The notes under the pieces: generated by a model
Seen by the model: the letters and a program-made list of their open reading frames with translations, nothing else
Told to the model about the DNA's origin: nothing
Database searches by the model: none
Source of the DNA: a bacterium
Lineage (GTDB): Bacteria; SZUA-182; DTGQ01
Length of the DNA stretch: 24,989 bases
Assembly: GCA_040752695.1 (NCBI GenBank)
Contig: JBFMGO010000091.1
Span: 1 to 24,989 of the forward strand
Reading direction: 5' to 3'
In this document: positions 8,891-17,361 of the stretch, one piece after another
How positions within the stretch are numbered: the first letter of the stretch is position 1
Layout: every line of letters begins with the position of its first letter
Position numbers and translations under genes: made by a program

Positions 8891-11464
8891 CTAATCCCGT
8901 GACCATACCATAGTTCTTTTTATGTCCGCCACATACCCTCTTGATCTTTCAATCTTAAAATTATCTCCCGTGGATTTTCCCCATAACCAGGTTGAGGATC
9001 TCCATTTGCCTTTCCTGGAATCGAAGTGACTGATAGCGGTGCTGTTGAGGCTTGCCTCCTTTTCATTGTCCCCAAAGGTGCACAGAACATCATGGGCATA
9101 AAGCTGTTTATCAGGCCCGTCCGGGATGGAAACGATCGTGCGGCCACCTGCCAGATTAATGGTTTTCGGGGTGACGATAGTGAATGGTGGAATCTGAAGC
9201 TTCGGTACATCCTCGTTCAGATAAAAAACATATCCACGACCGGCTTCGATAGCAAAGTCAGTCCCTTTGAGAGAGTGACTGTTAGGATCAAGATACATCA
9301 TATCTCCAGCCCGTTCATTGTGTCTGAGCGATATCCTTCTCTGGTTGGAGTCGGAAGGAAAAAGGCTTAAAAACTCACTGGCCGTATCACAGGACTTGAG
9401 AGGGGTCCCCGGATAGGCGAATAAATTCAATCCCGCTGAATATGGATAATTATAAGTCGATAATCCAATATTTACTTCCTGATCCCTCGATGTCGATGTA
9501 ATATAGACAGGAGTAATAAGAATGTTAGGATCCTCCATGTGTGAGGGATCGATATTCTGGAACACCTCGCTCAGACGCTTGACTTCCCATTGGCACCATG
9601 GTTCAGATCGCCCAAACGCAGTAACATTCTTGTACATTTCATTGAAATATCTCTCAGTAACTTTTTTAGAATCATAGTTGGTAAAAAGGATGAACCCTGA
9701 ATTCGGCAGGTTGGAAATGGTAAAATTCCCCTGAGCGTCAGTAGTAGCGGAACAGGTGGCCTGCAGGATGTGGTAGATATCCATGGCGTGAACAGTAATG
9801 TTGGCCAGTCCGACCTGCGGATTTTCGTCCAGGTAAACCCGTCCGTGAATCTGGCCGGTTCCCTGACAGGGCTCATACGGCTTCAGGGTAATAGTTCCGA
9901 TGTTTCGTCGCTCTCCCAATTTCAAATTCGTAAGATTCTGCTCCATTACTCCATAACCGTCTTTATCAAGACGAACGATCACATTTCCCGACAGAAGCCC
10001 GTGAAAGGAGAACTCACCCGTGGAAGAGTCGACCAGGGTAAAGCAGATCTGCTCATGAGCCATCGTCAGCAGGCTGGCGGATATATTCGCCAAATTCCCT
10101 CCCTGAACAAGCACTTTGCCGGAAACGAAAGTCTCCCGCAGGGTAAAGTTGACTTGCTTCGATTCTCCTGCGTTAAGGGAGATAACATACGGTTCTCCTG
10201 AAGTGCTTGTGCTGTAAAAAACACTGAAAAGATCGCTGCTGCCTATTTGAGAAAAAACCCGGATTTTATATCCGCCCGGTTTCAGGAACTTAAAGGCGTA
10301 TCCTCCATAGCTGCCGGTATGGTAAATTGCCAGTTGCTCAGGATCAGGATCAGGCGTGCTTGTCACTTTAGCCGGAATAACACTTCCTGGCCCGTTATCA
10401 ACGGGGATAAGCTCAACCTGTATATCCTTGATGCCCCGCTCCTCAGTCTCAGATTCAGCGAAAAAGGTAATCTGCGGATTCGCCGGGTCCATATGATTGG
10501 GATCCATGCCGATGACAAGGTCCGGTTTGCCATGCCACCCATCTGTAATCACCCGGAAAAGGTGAGAGGTCTTTTCATTGGTATTCGGGTCGGTAATGAT
10601 GCCGTGAATCATGCCCGCTTGAGCAAAAGAGCCGAAATGGACCGGATCCGCATTTGGCTTGTCACATGACAGGGTTGCTGTACCGGATCGGGGAAGAAAG
10701 GAATTGACCTGGTTGACGGCATAGGTGCAGAAAGGATTGGAGGTTTCCAGATCATAGTAGAGTTGAGCGATGTCTTCAACCCAGATAGAATAATTTCCCG
10801 GTGGTATCGGCACCCTTGTGGCCGGCTCCGGTTCCAGGACATAGTCTGCCAGATCCAGAGAATAGGTAGTCTTTTTGGATTCACTGAAGACCCGTTTCCA
10901 GGGATGGCTCTCCGGGGGAAAAATCATCGAGGTCTTCGATTTATAATCGATCGTTCCTTCCAGATAAACGACGCATCCATGGTCGTGCGGTAAATCTATG
11001 CTGACAGGAATACTCCCTCCCTGGCACAGGCTGAAATCCCTGCTGATCTTCTGATTGGGGCCGATCCCGATTTTATCTCCCTCTCCCCAATGACCGGTAT
11101 CGGAATAGAGCCAATAATGCTCATTGTAGCATTCGGTGACATAACGGTTATCAGGGTCCTGAGCGCAGAGATAAATTTCCTGCCAGCCTGACAGGTTCAA
11201 GTTCAGGGTGTAATACCCATTGGCATCGGTGGTCGTCTGCCCGATCGGTGCAAAACCGACAGGATAGTGGGCGATGACCTGTATCCCGGCCAGCCCCTGG
11301 ACCTGACTGGAACTGGAATATCTCACCACCCGGCCGCTGATCACTGCCGGGGGAGTAACTGCTGCCTCACTGTGCTCAATGGGCAGGAAGAGTGCGAAAA
11401 GAAACAATATGGTAAAGCACAGGTACGACTGAAATACAAAACATCTATTTTTCCGTATACACAT
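8891..11464 (-). CDS. Secreted carboxypeptidase-regulatory-like (prealbumin-fold) repeat protein with duplicated C-terminal module
   Basis: Signal peptide ending SEA|A. About four repeats of the form I.GRV...GL..I.V...TTDA.G.Y/F. The C-terminus carries two related repeats. Confidence 0.75.
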   Translation of the reverse strand: MCIRKNRCFVFQSYLCFTILFLFALFLPIEHSEAAVTPPAVISGRVVRYSSSSQVQGLAGIQVIAHYPVGFAPIGQTTTDANGYYTLNLNLSGWQEIYLCAQDPDNRYVTECYNEHYWLYSDTGHWGEGDKIGIGPNQKISRDFSLCQGGSIPVSIDLPHDHGCVVYLEGTIDYKSKTSMIFPPESHPWKRVFSESKKTTYSLDLADYVLEPEPATRVPIPPGNYSIWVEDIAQLYYDLETSNPFCTYAVNQVNSFLPRSGTATLSCDKPNADPVHFGSFAQAGMIHGIITDPNTNEKTSHLFRVITDGWHGKPDLVIGMDPNHMDPANPQITFFAESETEERGIKDIQVELIPVDNGPGSVIPAKVTSTPDPDPEQLAIYHTGSYGGYAFKFLKPGGYKIRVFSQIGSSDLFSVFYSTSTSGEPYVISLNAGESKQVNFTLRETFVSGKVLVQGGNLANISASLLTMAHEQICFTLVDSSTGEFSFHGLLSGNVIVRLDKDGYGVMEQNLTNLKLGERRNIGTITLKPYEPCQGTGQIHGRVYLDENPQVGLANITVHAMDIYHILQATCSATTDAQGNFTISNLPNSGFILFTNYDSKKVTERYFNEMYKNVTAFGRSEPWCQWEVKRLSEVFQNIDPSHMEDPNILITPVYITSTSRDQEVNIGLSTYNYPYSAGLNLFAYPGTPLKSCDTASEFLSLFPSDSNQRRISLRHNERAGDMMYLDPNSHSLKGTDFAIEAGRGYVFYLNEDVPKLQIPPFTIVTPKTINLAGGRTIVSIPDGPDKQLYAHDVLCTFGDNEKEASLNSTAISHFDSRKGKWRSSTWLWGKSTGDNFKIERSRGYVADIKRTMVWSRD

Positions 11465-11539
11465 GGAAATAATTACTCCTGTTCCTGATTAGACGGTTCA
11501 TATTCATTTGCGGGCAAGATTATATTCCTCAAAAAATTG

Positions 11540-11555
11540 TGCAATATTGATGCCA
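11540..11555 (-). promoter_or_regulatory. Sigma54 (RpoN) -24/-12 promoter
   Basis: Minus strand reads TGGCATCAATATTGCA, an exact GG-N10-GC match close to the consensus TGGCAC-N5-TTGCW, about 75 bp upstream of the 857-aa gene and in the same orientation. Confidence 0.75.
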
Positions 11556-11912
11556 TAGCCTTACCCCTCCAGCAGATTCTTTAAGGTTTACCGCATTCTA
11601 TCCTGACAGGAATGTCAAAAGGATACAAAAATTCAGGGCAGTCAATCGAATTGCGTTCATTTCGCCTTGACTATCGGCAGAGTCAGCCTGGCCCCGACTC
11701 CGTCTGAATAGAAAAAATGAACTAAAAACAGTTAGATAGACAGGTCATGTTCAATATCAGAAGGGAAGAGGCCCCATGAGCGGCTATGAAAATCTCTGCA
11801 TAAGTGTGCAATGGCATTCACAATGTCAAGATATTCTTTTAGAGAAAACGAAAACATCCGGAAGATCATGCTTATTTTCCTTAAATTCAATGACCTTTAT
11901 GGCTCCGTGAGA

Positions 11913-11941
11913 TTGACATTATCTTCATGAAATGATATCCT
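11913..11941 (+). promoter_or_regulatory. Sigma70 promoter for ileS
   Basis: TTGACA (11913-11918), 17-nt spacer ending TGA (extended -10), then TATCCT (11936-11941). Confidence 0.65.
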
Positions 11942-12017
11942 TTCATGTTCAGCTTATGAGTTCATGTTATAAATTCATGACAGTTTGATGTAAGGATATG
12001 ACTTAAGGAGACGAAAG

Positions 12018-14852
12018 ATGGATTATAGCCTTACTCTTAACCTGCCCAGGACTAGTTTTCCGATGAAAGCGAATCTCGTTCAGAAGGAACTGGAGCTTAT
12101 TTCATTCTGGGAGCAAAACGGCATCTACGAAAAAATCATGAACCGCAAGGCCGGTTGCGGTTCCTTTATCCTGCATGACGGTCCCCCCTATGCCAATGGG
12201 CATATTCATATTGGCCATGCCTTTAATAAGGTATTGAAGGATATTATCATACGGTCGAAAAACATGACCGGTTTGCAGTCCGGCTATATTCCCGGCTGGG
12301 ACTGTCACGGTTTGCCGATTGAACATGAGGTAGACAAAAAGCTCGGTTCAAAAAAGCAGCAAACCGGTAAATACGAAATCAGAAAGCTCTGCCGGGAGTA
12401 TGCCCGAAAATTCGTTGACATCCAAAAAAAAGAATTTCAAAGGCTGGGTGTTTTCGGGGACTGGGATCATCCCTATCTGACCATGAACCCTGAATACGAA
12501 GCAGCTATTGTCCGGGAATTCGGCAAATTTGTCAATAATGGCGGTGTCTACAAAGGGCTCAAGCCGGTATACTGGTGTTCTGTCTGCCAGACCGCACTGG
12601 CCGAAGCTGAGGTGGAATACGCAGATCACGCAACACCCTCGGTATGGGTGAAGTTTCCCATCCTGTCCGGGCTCCGGGAAAAATTCCCGGATCTGGCCAA
12701 GGGTGCCGATTCTTTTATCCTTATCTGGACAACCACTCCGTGGACACTGCCGGCCAATCTGGCGATCGCCGTTCACCCGGACTTTGAATATGCACTCTGT
12801 CAGGTTGAAAGAGAGATTTGGCTCTTAGCCAGTGATTTGGTGGAAAAGACCATGAGCAGGGCAAAAATCTCCGATTACCGCATCCTCAAGACCGTAGCGG
12901 GAGCATCGATTGAGGGAATCGTCGCCTGCCACCCCTTCTATGACCGGGAATCACCGGTGGTACTGGCCCCATACGTTACCCTTGAGCAGGGAACAGGGTG
13001 TGTTCATATTGCACCCGGCCATGGCCAGGAAGATTACGAAGTGGGTCAGCGCTATGGATTCTCACCCTATGCGCCGGTGGATCATATGGGGAAATTCACC
13101 CAGGAAGTTCAATTCTTTGCCGGATTGCCCGTTTTTAAAGCTAATCCTGAAATTATCCGCCTCATGCAGGACAATAAACGGCTCCTTTTTGAAGAGACCA
13201 TTATCCATTCTTACCCCCATTGCTGGCGGTGTAAAAATCCAGTCATTTTTCGGGCCACGGAGCAGTGGTTCATTTCCATGGAGAATAATGACCTGCGGGC
13301 CAGGGCACTGGAAGAGATCCGCCATGTGCGGTGGATTCCCAAGTGGGGAGAAAACCGGATCACCGGCATGGTGCAGGACCGCCCCGACTGGTGCATTTCC
13401 CGTCAAAGGTCATGGGGTGTGCCGATTATTGTTTTCTACTGCTCATCGTGCCAGGAAACCATCATGGATACCGATATCATTAACTATGTGGCGGATCTGG
13501 TTGCCGGGGAGGGTATCGATATCTGGTTTCAAAAGGAGCCGAAGGAGCTTTTGCCTGCCGGCTTCGCCTGCCCGCGCTGTGGAGGGCAGGAGTTCACCAA
13601 GGATATGAACATCCTGGATGTATGGTTCGAATCCGGGGTCAGCTATGCGGCAGTCCTTGAAAAAAGGCCGAATCTGCACTCACCTGCCGACCTTTACCTG
13701 GAAGGGAGCGATCAGCACCGGGGCTGGTTCCAGAGCGCCCTGCTCACTTGCGTGAGCACCAGGGGAGTGCCCCCTTACCGGTCCGTACTGACTCATGGAT
13801 TTGTGGTCGACGGCGAAGGGAAGAAGATGTCCAAATCTGCGGGAAACGTTGTTGCACCGCAGGAAATCATCGAGAAACTCGGCGCGGATATCCTGCGCCT
13901 GTGGGTCTGTTCGGAAGATTACAAAGACGATATCCGGATCTCGGATGACCTCATCCGCAGGCTGTCAGACGCCTACCGCAGGATCAGAAACACCTGCCGG
14001 TATCTTCTCAGCAACCTGGAGGATTTCATTCCGCAGGAGCACCGGGTGCCCTACGAGCAGCTCGAGGAAATGGACCGATGGATCCTGCACAGGTTTCAGG
14101 AACTCGTCACAAGGATTCGAAAAGCCTATGAGGATTATGAATTCCATATCTTTTTTCACGGTTTCCACAATTTTTGCACGGTTGACTTAAGCTCCTTCTA
14201 CCTGGACGTATCCAAAGACCGTATGTATACGAGAGGCACGGATTCCGTGGCTCGAAGATCCGGCCAGACCGCCATGTACGAGATCATTCTGGGCATGGTG
14301 AAACTGATGGCTCCGGTTTTATGCTTCACGGCAGAAGAGATCTGGAAATACCTGCCAGGGAGGGAAAACCTTCCTGAAAGTGTCCATCTGGCCTCATTGC
14401 CAGACCCTCTGGAGGCTTATCTTGATCAGGAACTGGCCGGGAAATGGGAAAGCCTCCTGCAGGTACGGGCTGAAGTCTCCAAAGTGCTGGAAGCGGCCAG
14501 AAATGCAAAAACGATCGGCCACTCCCTGGATGCCCAGGTAGAGCTTTTGGTGTCTGACCCCGATCTGCACGATTTCCTGCAAACGTACCGGGAAATTCTC
14601 CCGACGATCTTCATTACCTCAACCGTGACTCTCCTCGATGCCGCCGCACACGATGCACCTTCCTCTCAAGAGTATACGCAAAGCGGTTTGCCTGAAAAGC
14701 TCTCTATCAAGGTCAGCCGCGCTGCAGGAGAAAAGTGTGCCAGATGCTGGAAGTACAGTCCCCTGGTTGGCCGCTCCTCCGAGTATCCGGATCTTTGCGA
14801 TACCTGCATCACGGTGCTGAAAAGCATTCCCCAGCAGCCAGTTATGGAGTGA
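12018..14852 (+). CDS. ileS: Isoleucine--tRNA ligase (bacterial type 1)
   Basis: DGPPYANGHIHIGH, GWDCHGLP, WTTTPWT editing motif, WCISRQR, KMSKS and a C-terminal zinc finger CARC...CDTC. AAGGAG SD. Confidence 0.98.
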   Translation: MDYSLTLNLPRTSFPMKANLVQKELELISFWEQNGIYEKIMNRKAGCGSFILHDGPPYANGHIHIGHAFNKVLKDIIIRSKNMTGLQSGYIPGWDCHGLPIEHEVDKKLGSKKQQTGKYEIRKLCREYARKFVDIQKKEFQRLGVFGDWDHPYLTMNPEYEAAIVREFGKFVNNGGVYKGLKPVYWCSVCQTALAEAEVEYADHATPSVWVKFPILSGLREKFPDLAKGADSFILIWTTTPWTLPANLAIAVHPDFEYALCQVEREIWLLASDLVEKTMSRAKISDYRILKTVAGASIEGIVACHPFYDRESPVVLAPYVTLEQGTGCVHIAPGHGQEDYEVGQRYGFSPYAPVDHMGKFTQEVQFFAGLPVFKANPEIIRLMQDNKRLLFEETIIHSYPHCWRCKNPVIFRATEQWFISMENNDLRARALEEIRHVRWIPKWGENRITGMVQDRPDWCISRQRSWGVPIIVFYCSSCQETIMDTDIINYVADLVAGEGIDIWFQKEPKELLPAGFACPRCGGQEFTKDMNILDVWFESGVSYAAVLEKRPNLHSPADLYLEGSDQHRGWFQSALLTCVSTRGVPPYRSVLTHGFVVDGEGKKMSKSAGNVVAPQEIIEKLGADILRLWVCSEDYKDDIRISDDLIRRLSDAYRRIRNTCRYLLSNLEDFIPQEHRVPYEQLEEMDRWILHRFQELVTRIRKAYEDYEFHIFFHGFHNFCTVDLSSFYLDVSKDRMYTRGTDSVARRSGQTAMYEIILGMVKLMAPVLCFTAEEIWKYLPGRENLPESVHLASLPDPLEAYLDQELAGKWESLLQVRAEVSKVLEAARNAKTIGHSLDAQVELLVSDPDLHDFLQTYREILPTIFITSTVTLLDAAAHDAPSSQEYTQSGLPEKLSIKVSRAAGEKCARCWKYSPLVGRSSEYPDLCDTCITVLKSIPQQPVME

Positions 14853-14860
14853 AGCCTGTG

Positions 14861-14896
14861 AATCCTCAAACGAATCCACAGATGAATCTTCAAACC
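14861..14896 (+). repeat. Three imperfect 12-bp tandem units
   Basis: aatcctcaaacg / aatccacagatg / aatcttcaaacc, between the ileS stop and the lspA core. Confidence 0.55.
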
Positions 14897-14917
14897 GCAT
14901 TGCCCAAAGGCTCAATC

Positions 14918-15418
14918 ATGAAATCCCCAAAAGTGGCACTGCCTGTCCTGGCCGCAATCGTGGCCCTGGACGCTGTGACCAAACATCTGGCTCAGGCTTT
15001 CTTGAGCCAGATTCATTCCCTGACCATTATCCCCAATTTCTTCCACCTGACCTACGTGGAGAACAGGGGTGCCGCTTTTGGGCTCCTGGCTGAAACCAGC
15101 GCCCGGTTCCGGACACCGTTTTTCATCATCGTCTCTGTTTTGGCTATCCTTTTTATCGCCGTTTTTTACTGGAGGCTGGAAGGAGGCTGCTGGACTCACC
15201 TTTCGCTGATCTTCATCCTGGCGGGCGCCCTGGGCAATCTCATCGACCGGCTGCGCCTGGGCTGGGTGATCGATTTTCTGGATTTTCACTGGTACCAGTA
15301 TCACTGGCCTGCCTTTAACGTTGCCGATATGGCCATCTGCATCGGTGCGGGCATTTTACTTATCGATACATTCTTCAGTCAAAAAGGAAGGACGCACGTT
15401 GCATCCCTTACTCTTTAA
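14918..15418 (+). CDS. lspA: Lipoprotein signal peptidase II
   Basis: D..TK, NRGAAFG, GALGNLIDR, VIDF and FNVAD; follows ileS. An alternative GTG start at 14858 is possible. Confidence 0.95.
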   Translation: MKSPKVALPVLAAIVALDAVTKHLAQAFLSQIHSLTIIPNFFHLTYVENRGAAFGLLAETSARFRTPFFIIVSVLAILFIAVFYWRLEGGCWTHLSLIFILAGALGNLIDRLRLGWVIDFLDFHWYQYHWPAFNVADMAICIGAGILLIDTFFSQKGRTHVASLTL

Positions 15419-16178
15419 AATAGGTCCAATTAAAATTTACACCTATGGTTTTTTTATTGCACTTGCCTTTATCTCGGGAATCTTCTGGTCCGCACGGGAA
15501 GCCAAACGGCTTGGGGAAAATCCGGAGCGGATCATGGACCTCGGATTTCTGGTAACCCTCTCGGCCATCATCGGTGCCCGCATCCTGTTCATTCTCCTGA
15601 ACCTCCCCGAATACCTGGAGCATCCGCTCAACAGTTTAAAAATCTGGGAGGGAGGACTGGTCTTTCACGGAGGATTGATCGCCAGCATTCTGGCAGGCCT
15701 GTTCTACCTTAAACGGCATCACCTCAGGACCTGGAAATATGCCGATATCATCGCTCCTGCCCTGGCCCTGGGTCAGGGCATCGGCAGAATCGGCTGTTTA
15801 ATGGCCGGATGCTGCTACGGAAAAGAGACCTCCCTGCCGTGGGGCATCTGCTTTACCGATCCCAACAGCCTGGCCACCCTGCATATTCCCCTTCATCCTA
15901 CGCAAATATATGAATCGATCTGCACACTGCTCATATTCGCCGCCCTTTTGAGATTGAGGAAAAGGAAAAACTTCGAGGGGCAGGTTTTCTGGACATACAT
16001 CGTCCTGTACTCAATAGTCAGGTTTACCATCGATTTTTTCCGGGGAGACGAAGTGCGCACCTTCTTTTGCAATACCCTTTCCCTCACCCAGGTGCTGGGA
16101 ATCGTTCTTTTCCTGAGCGCGATCTATATGCTCTGGACCTTGAGGAAAAATAAGAGCTACCAGACTACCAGGCACTGA
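15399..16178 (+). CDS. lgt: Prolipoprotein diacylglyceryl transferase
   Basis: IGARI, IWEGGLVFHGG, GRIGC, HPTQIYES and RFTIDFFRGD. TTG start at 15399 after AGGAAGGA, overlapping the lspA end. Confidence 0.95.
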   Translation: MHPLLFKIGPIKIYTYGFFIALAFISGIFWSAREAKRLGENPERIMDLGFLVTLSAIIGARILFILLNLPEYLEHPLNSLKIWEGGLVFHGGLIASILAGLFYLKRHHLRTWKYADIIAPALALGQGIGRIGCLMAGCCYGKETSLPWGICFTDPNSLATLHIPLHPTQIYESICTLLIFAALLRLRKRKNFEGQVFWTYIVLYSIVRFTIDFFRGDEVRTFFCNTLSLTQVLGIVLFLSAIYMLWTLRKNKSYQTTRH

Positions 16179-16265
16179 AAAAAGGGGAAAAATCAGTTGC
16201 CAGGCACTGAAAAATGGGAAAAGCCAACTACCAGGCACTGAAAAAGCCTACCAGGAATTGAAAAA
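16168..16265. repeat. Direct repeats CCAGGCACTGAAAAA (3 exact, 1 degenerate)
   Basis: Copies start at 16168, 16200, 16231 and 16251 (the last is CCAGGAATTGAAAAA); periods 32, 31 and 20 bp. Confidence 0.85.
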
Positions 16266-16517
16266 GCGGCTTTGCGTTCCATCCGGCCCGACCCGCACCC
16301 GGACTTTGCGAAGGCACCGGGGACAGCGCCCCTCATAGGCGGTCTTCTGCTGGTTAAGATAAATACGGTTATATACCCGGCAGCATTGAAAATGTACGCC
16401 GATCCAGGTACGGGTGGATGCGTTGTCTGGTCTGCTGCTGGATGTATGGCTTGATGTGTTGGATGTACGGCTTGATATATTGTTTTCTCGCGGGGTTCCA
16501 GACCATGAATTACCCAT
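16248..16517 (-). CDS. Small putative Zn-binding (CC...CxxC) hypothetical protein
   Basis: GAGGAGG SD 6 nt before the ATG. Core [15 protein letters not shown]...YEGRCPRC...VGPDGT..RFF, with a low-complexity Ser/Thr N-terminus. Confidence 0.75.
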   Translation of the reverse strand: MGNSWSGTPRENNISSRTSNTSSHTSSSRPDNASTRTWIGVHFQCCRVYNRIYLNQQKTAYEGRCPRCLRKVRVRVGPDGTQSRFFNSW

Positions 16518-16530
16518 TCATACCCTCCTC

Positions 16531-17355
16531 TTATCTTGTGGCATACCAATGTGCGCAGCCGATTGCGCCCGTAAACTGAGCATTGGCAAGTACCAGCACC
16601 CGTTGAGTTTTCAGATTCTCCCGGATGATCTTTTGAATGGCAGCGTTCCGACAGACGCCTCCTGAGAGGATGAGGGTCTCACTCGAAAACTGGGTCAGCA
16701 TGGGAGCGATGCGGCGAAAAACCGAGTAATTCACTCCCGCACACAAAGAGGGCAAAGGGATCCCCTCCACCAGTTTGCCGATCAGCTCCGACTCTCCGAA
16801 AATGGCACAGGTGGAATCAAGTTCAACCGGGTCCTGATCATAGTGCCCCAACTCCTCAACGCTCACTCCCAGGACTGCGGCCATATTTTCCAGGTATCGG
16901 CCACTGCTGGCTGCGCATTTATCATTCATGGTAAAATCAACCACTTTTCCCTGCTCAACGAGCACGACCTTGGAATCCTGGCCGCCGATATCCAAAAGGA
17001 GAAAATCCGATAACCCGGTCAGGTATCCGGCCCCCAGAGCATGGGCCATGATCTCCGGAATCTGAAAGGAGTTCTCGAAAGCCAGGGAGTTTCTTCCGTA
17101 CCCGGTGGTTACCACAGGATACCGATGGCTGTTGCTGCCAGGTCCTATGGTTTCATCCATGATTTTCAGCTTTCCCGGCTCGATCTGACGGCAGGCGCGA
17201 TAAAAAGTGATCGTATCATAACTTTCTATCCGCTGGATCTCACCATCCGCCAAAAGAACAATCTTTACCGCCCTGCTGCCAAGATCTATCCCCCAAACCA
17301 TGCCCGCGGCCATACTCCTGTTCACATCTGCTCCCCTATTCATATCTATGGCCAT
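16531..17355 (-). CDS. 2-hydroxyacyl-CoA dehydratase activase-type ATPase (HgdC / BadF-BadG-BcrA-BcrD family)
   Basis: ASKHA motifs GIDLGS, TGYGR, DIGGQDSK and SGGV, plus the 4Fe-4S ligand motifs MNDKCAA and STCAIFGESE. Confidence 0.9.
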   Translation of the reverse strand: MAIDMNRGADVNRSMAAGMVWGIDLGSRAVKIVLLADGEIQRIESYDTITFYRACRQIEPGKLKIMDETIGPGSNSHRYPVVTTGYGRNSLAFENSFQIPEIMAHALGAGYLTGLSDFLLLDIGGQDSKVVLVEQGKVVDFTMNDKCAASSGRYLENMAAVLGVSVEELGHYDQDPVELDSTCAIFGESELIGKLVEGIPLPSLCAGVNYSVFRRIAPMLTQFSSETLILSGGVCRNAAIQKIIRENLKTQRVLVLANAQFTGAIGCAHWYATR

Positions 17356-17361
17356 CTTCCT

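Noticed and set aside
11620..12017. T-box or riboswitch leader for ileS
   Set aside because: No T-box motif or terminator/antiterminator was recognised, and the predicted promoter leaves only about 70 nt of leader.
12018..14852. Mupirocin-resistant type 2 IleRS
   Set aside because: C-terminal zinc finger, 944-aa length and linkage to lspA indicate the ordinary type 1 enzyme.
16168..16265. Possible mini CRISPR array
   Set aside because: The repeat is only 15 bp, the intervening sequences are 5-17 bp and resemble each other, and no cas genes are present.
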